From Vibrio panuliri (GTDB lineage Bacteria; Pseudomonadota; Gammaproteobacteria; Enterobacterales; Vibrionaceae), in contig NZ_AP019654.1 in NCBI RefSeq assembly GCF_009938205.1, positions 2,236,540 through 2,260,539 on the forward strand: a DNA stretch of 24,000 nt, read 5' to 3'. Position 1 is the stretch's first letter. Each line of letters opens with the position of its first letter. Shown piece after piece: positions 23,349 to 24,000 of the stretch. Below the pieces are notes generated by a model. The model was not told where the DNA came from. It worked only from the letters and a program-made list of their open reading frames with translations, and searched no databases. The translations under genes were made by a program, and so were the position numbers.

Positions 23349-24000
23349 TTATTGTGTGTCTTGCACGATTTTGATTAAGCGTTGACTGTACTTGTCTGAA
23401 TCTGCGTACTCAGTCCAAAGTGAACCGGCTGCCTCATTCCATTTAGCCGTATCTGCTGTACTTGGCTCTGGGCTCCACTTCATGCCTTTTGCTTGCATAT
23501 CGGCGATCGCTTGAGATTCCCAAAGACGTGACTTCGTCATCTGCTCACGAGCGTGAACGGCACTTGCCGCACGAACAATCGCTTTCAAGTCATCAGGTAA
23601 TTTGTTCCATGCACTCTTGTTAACCACGATTGGCAACGTCTGTGCACCTGCAATTGGTAGGCGGTACATATATTTAGCCACTTCGACATGGTTACCATCG
23701 CGGTGGTCAATGATGTTGCTACCGATAGAGCCATCGATAACTCCTGTCGCAAGGCTGGTGTAGATTTCACTGTAGGAGAGTGATGCAGGAGAAGCGCCTA
23801 AGTTACGCAAGAACTTACCATAGGCACCAGGAGCGCGGATTTTCAACCCTTGGAAGTCTTCAATTGAGTTAATCGGCTCTTTGGTCAGTACATAAACTGG
23901 AAGCTGGATATACGGTTCTAACCAAACCAGATTCTGCTTGTCATACGCTTCTTCAAGTACTTCGCCCCAACCTTTTTCATGGAACAATGCACTTAGCTCA
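23349..24000 (-). CDS. dctP: TRAP transporter solute-binding protein (DctP family), C-terminal ~217 aa; gene continues past the right edge
   Basis: The reading frame is open to base 24000 (ELSALFHEKGW...). The tracked TTG start at 23987 is therefore an artefact. The fold is DctP-like, with typical segments (LKIRAPGAY..F...GASP..L.YSE.YT.L.TGVIDG). Confidence 0.85.
   Translation of the reverse strand, partial: ELSALFHEKGWGEVLEEAYDKQNLVWLEPYIQLPVYVLTKEPINSIEDFQGLKIRAPGAYGKFLRNLGASPASLSYSEIYTSLATGVIDGSIGSNIIDHRDGNHVEVAKYMYRLPIAGAQTLPIVVNKSAWNKLPDDLKAIVRAASAVHAREQMTKSRLWESQAIADMQAKGMKWSPEPSTADTAKWNEAAGSLWTEYADSDKYSQRLIKIVQDTQ

Noticed and set aside
1-24000. Anti-phage defence island, CRISPR array, integron or IS element
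   Set aside because: There are no nuclease, helicase, methyltransferase (DNA type), toxin-antitoxin, transposase or integrase signatures. The only tandem repeat is the in-frame coiled-coil duplication in the kinase.

Overview
The window looks like chromosomal DNA from a gammaproteobacterium, probably a Vibrionaceae-type marine organism. That assignment is inference from how closely several proteins resemble E. coli YghU, YegD, MalY and GabT by eye; no database search was possible. I saw no rRNA, tRNA, CRISPR array, transposase, integrase or phage gene.

Gene content from left to right:
1. An operon on the minus strand encoding an ECF-type sigma factor and a Hanks-type Ser/Thr kinase. The kinase runs off the left edge. 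A signal-peptide protein of unknown function is transcribed divergently.
2. Housekeeping-like yghU (glutathione transferase family) and yegD (Hsp70-like).
3. A tightly coupled four-gene minus-strand operon: a very large hybrid sensor kinase (Cache-like domain, HAMP, GAF, coiled coil, kinase core, three receivers), then CheR, then a receiver-less CheB, then a receiver-GGDEF diguanylate cyclase. No CheA, CheW or MCP is present in the window.
4. An accessory-looking locus at 11.9-19.4 kb. It has an FrvR-like HTH/PRD/EIIA regulator and lactose/cellobiose-family PTS EIIB, EIIC and EIIA. These are wired to an M24B Xaa-Pro peptidase, an M42 aminopeptidase and a MalY-type PLP C-S lyase. No glycoside hydrolase is present.
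5. A minus-strand operon of TRAP transporter genes (dctP partial, dctQ, dctM), a universal stress protein and gabT.

The two clusters I consider most worth follow-up:
- The kinase-CheR-CheB-GGDEF module. Its kinase carries a tandemly duplicated 28-aa segment with EE pairs at heptad spacing, which is a candidate methyl-accepting site.
- The PTS-peptidase-lyase locus, which has a perfect 17-bp-arm palindrome in its divergent promoter.

All functional calls rest on motifs read by eye from the translations.
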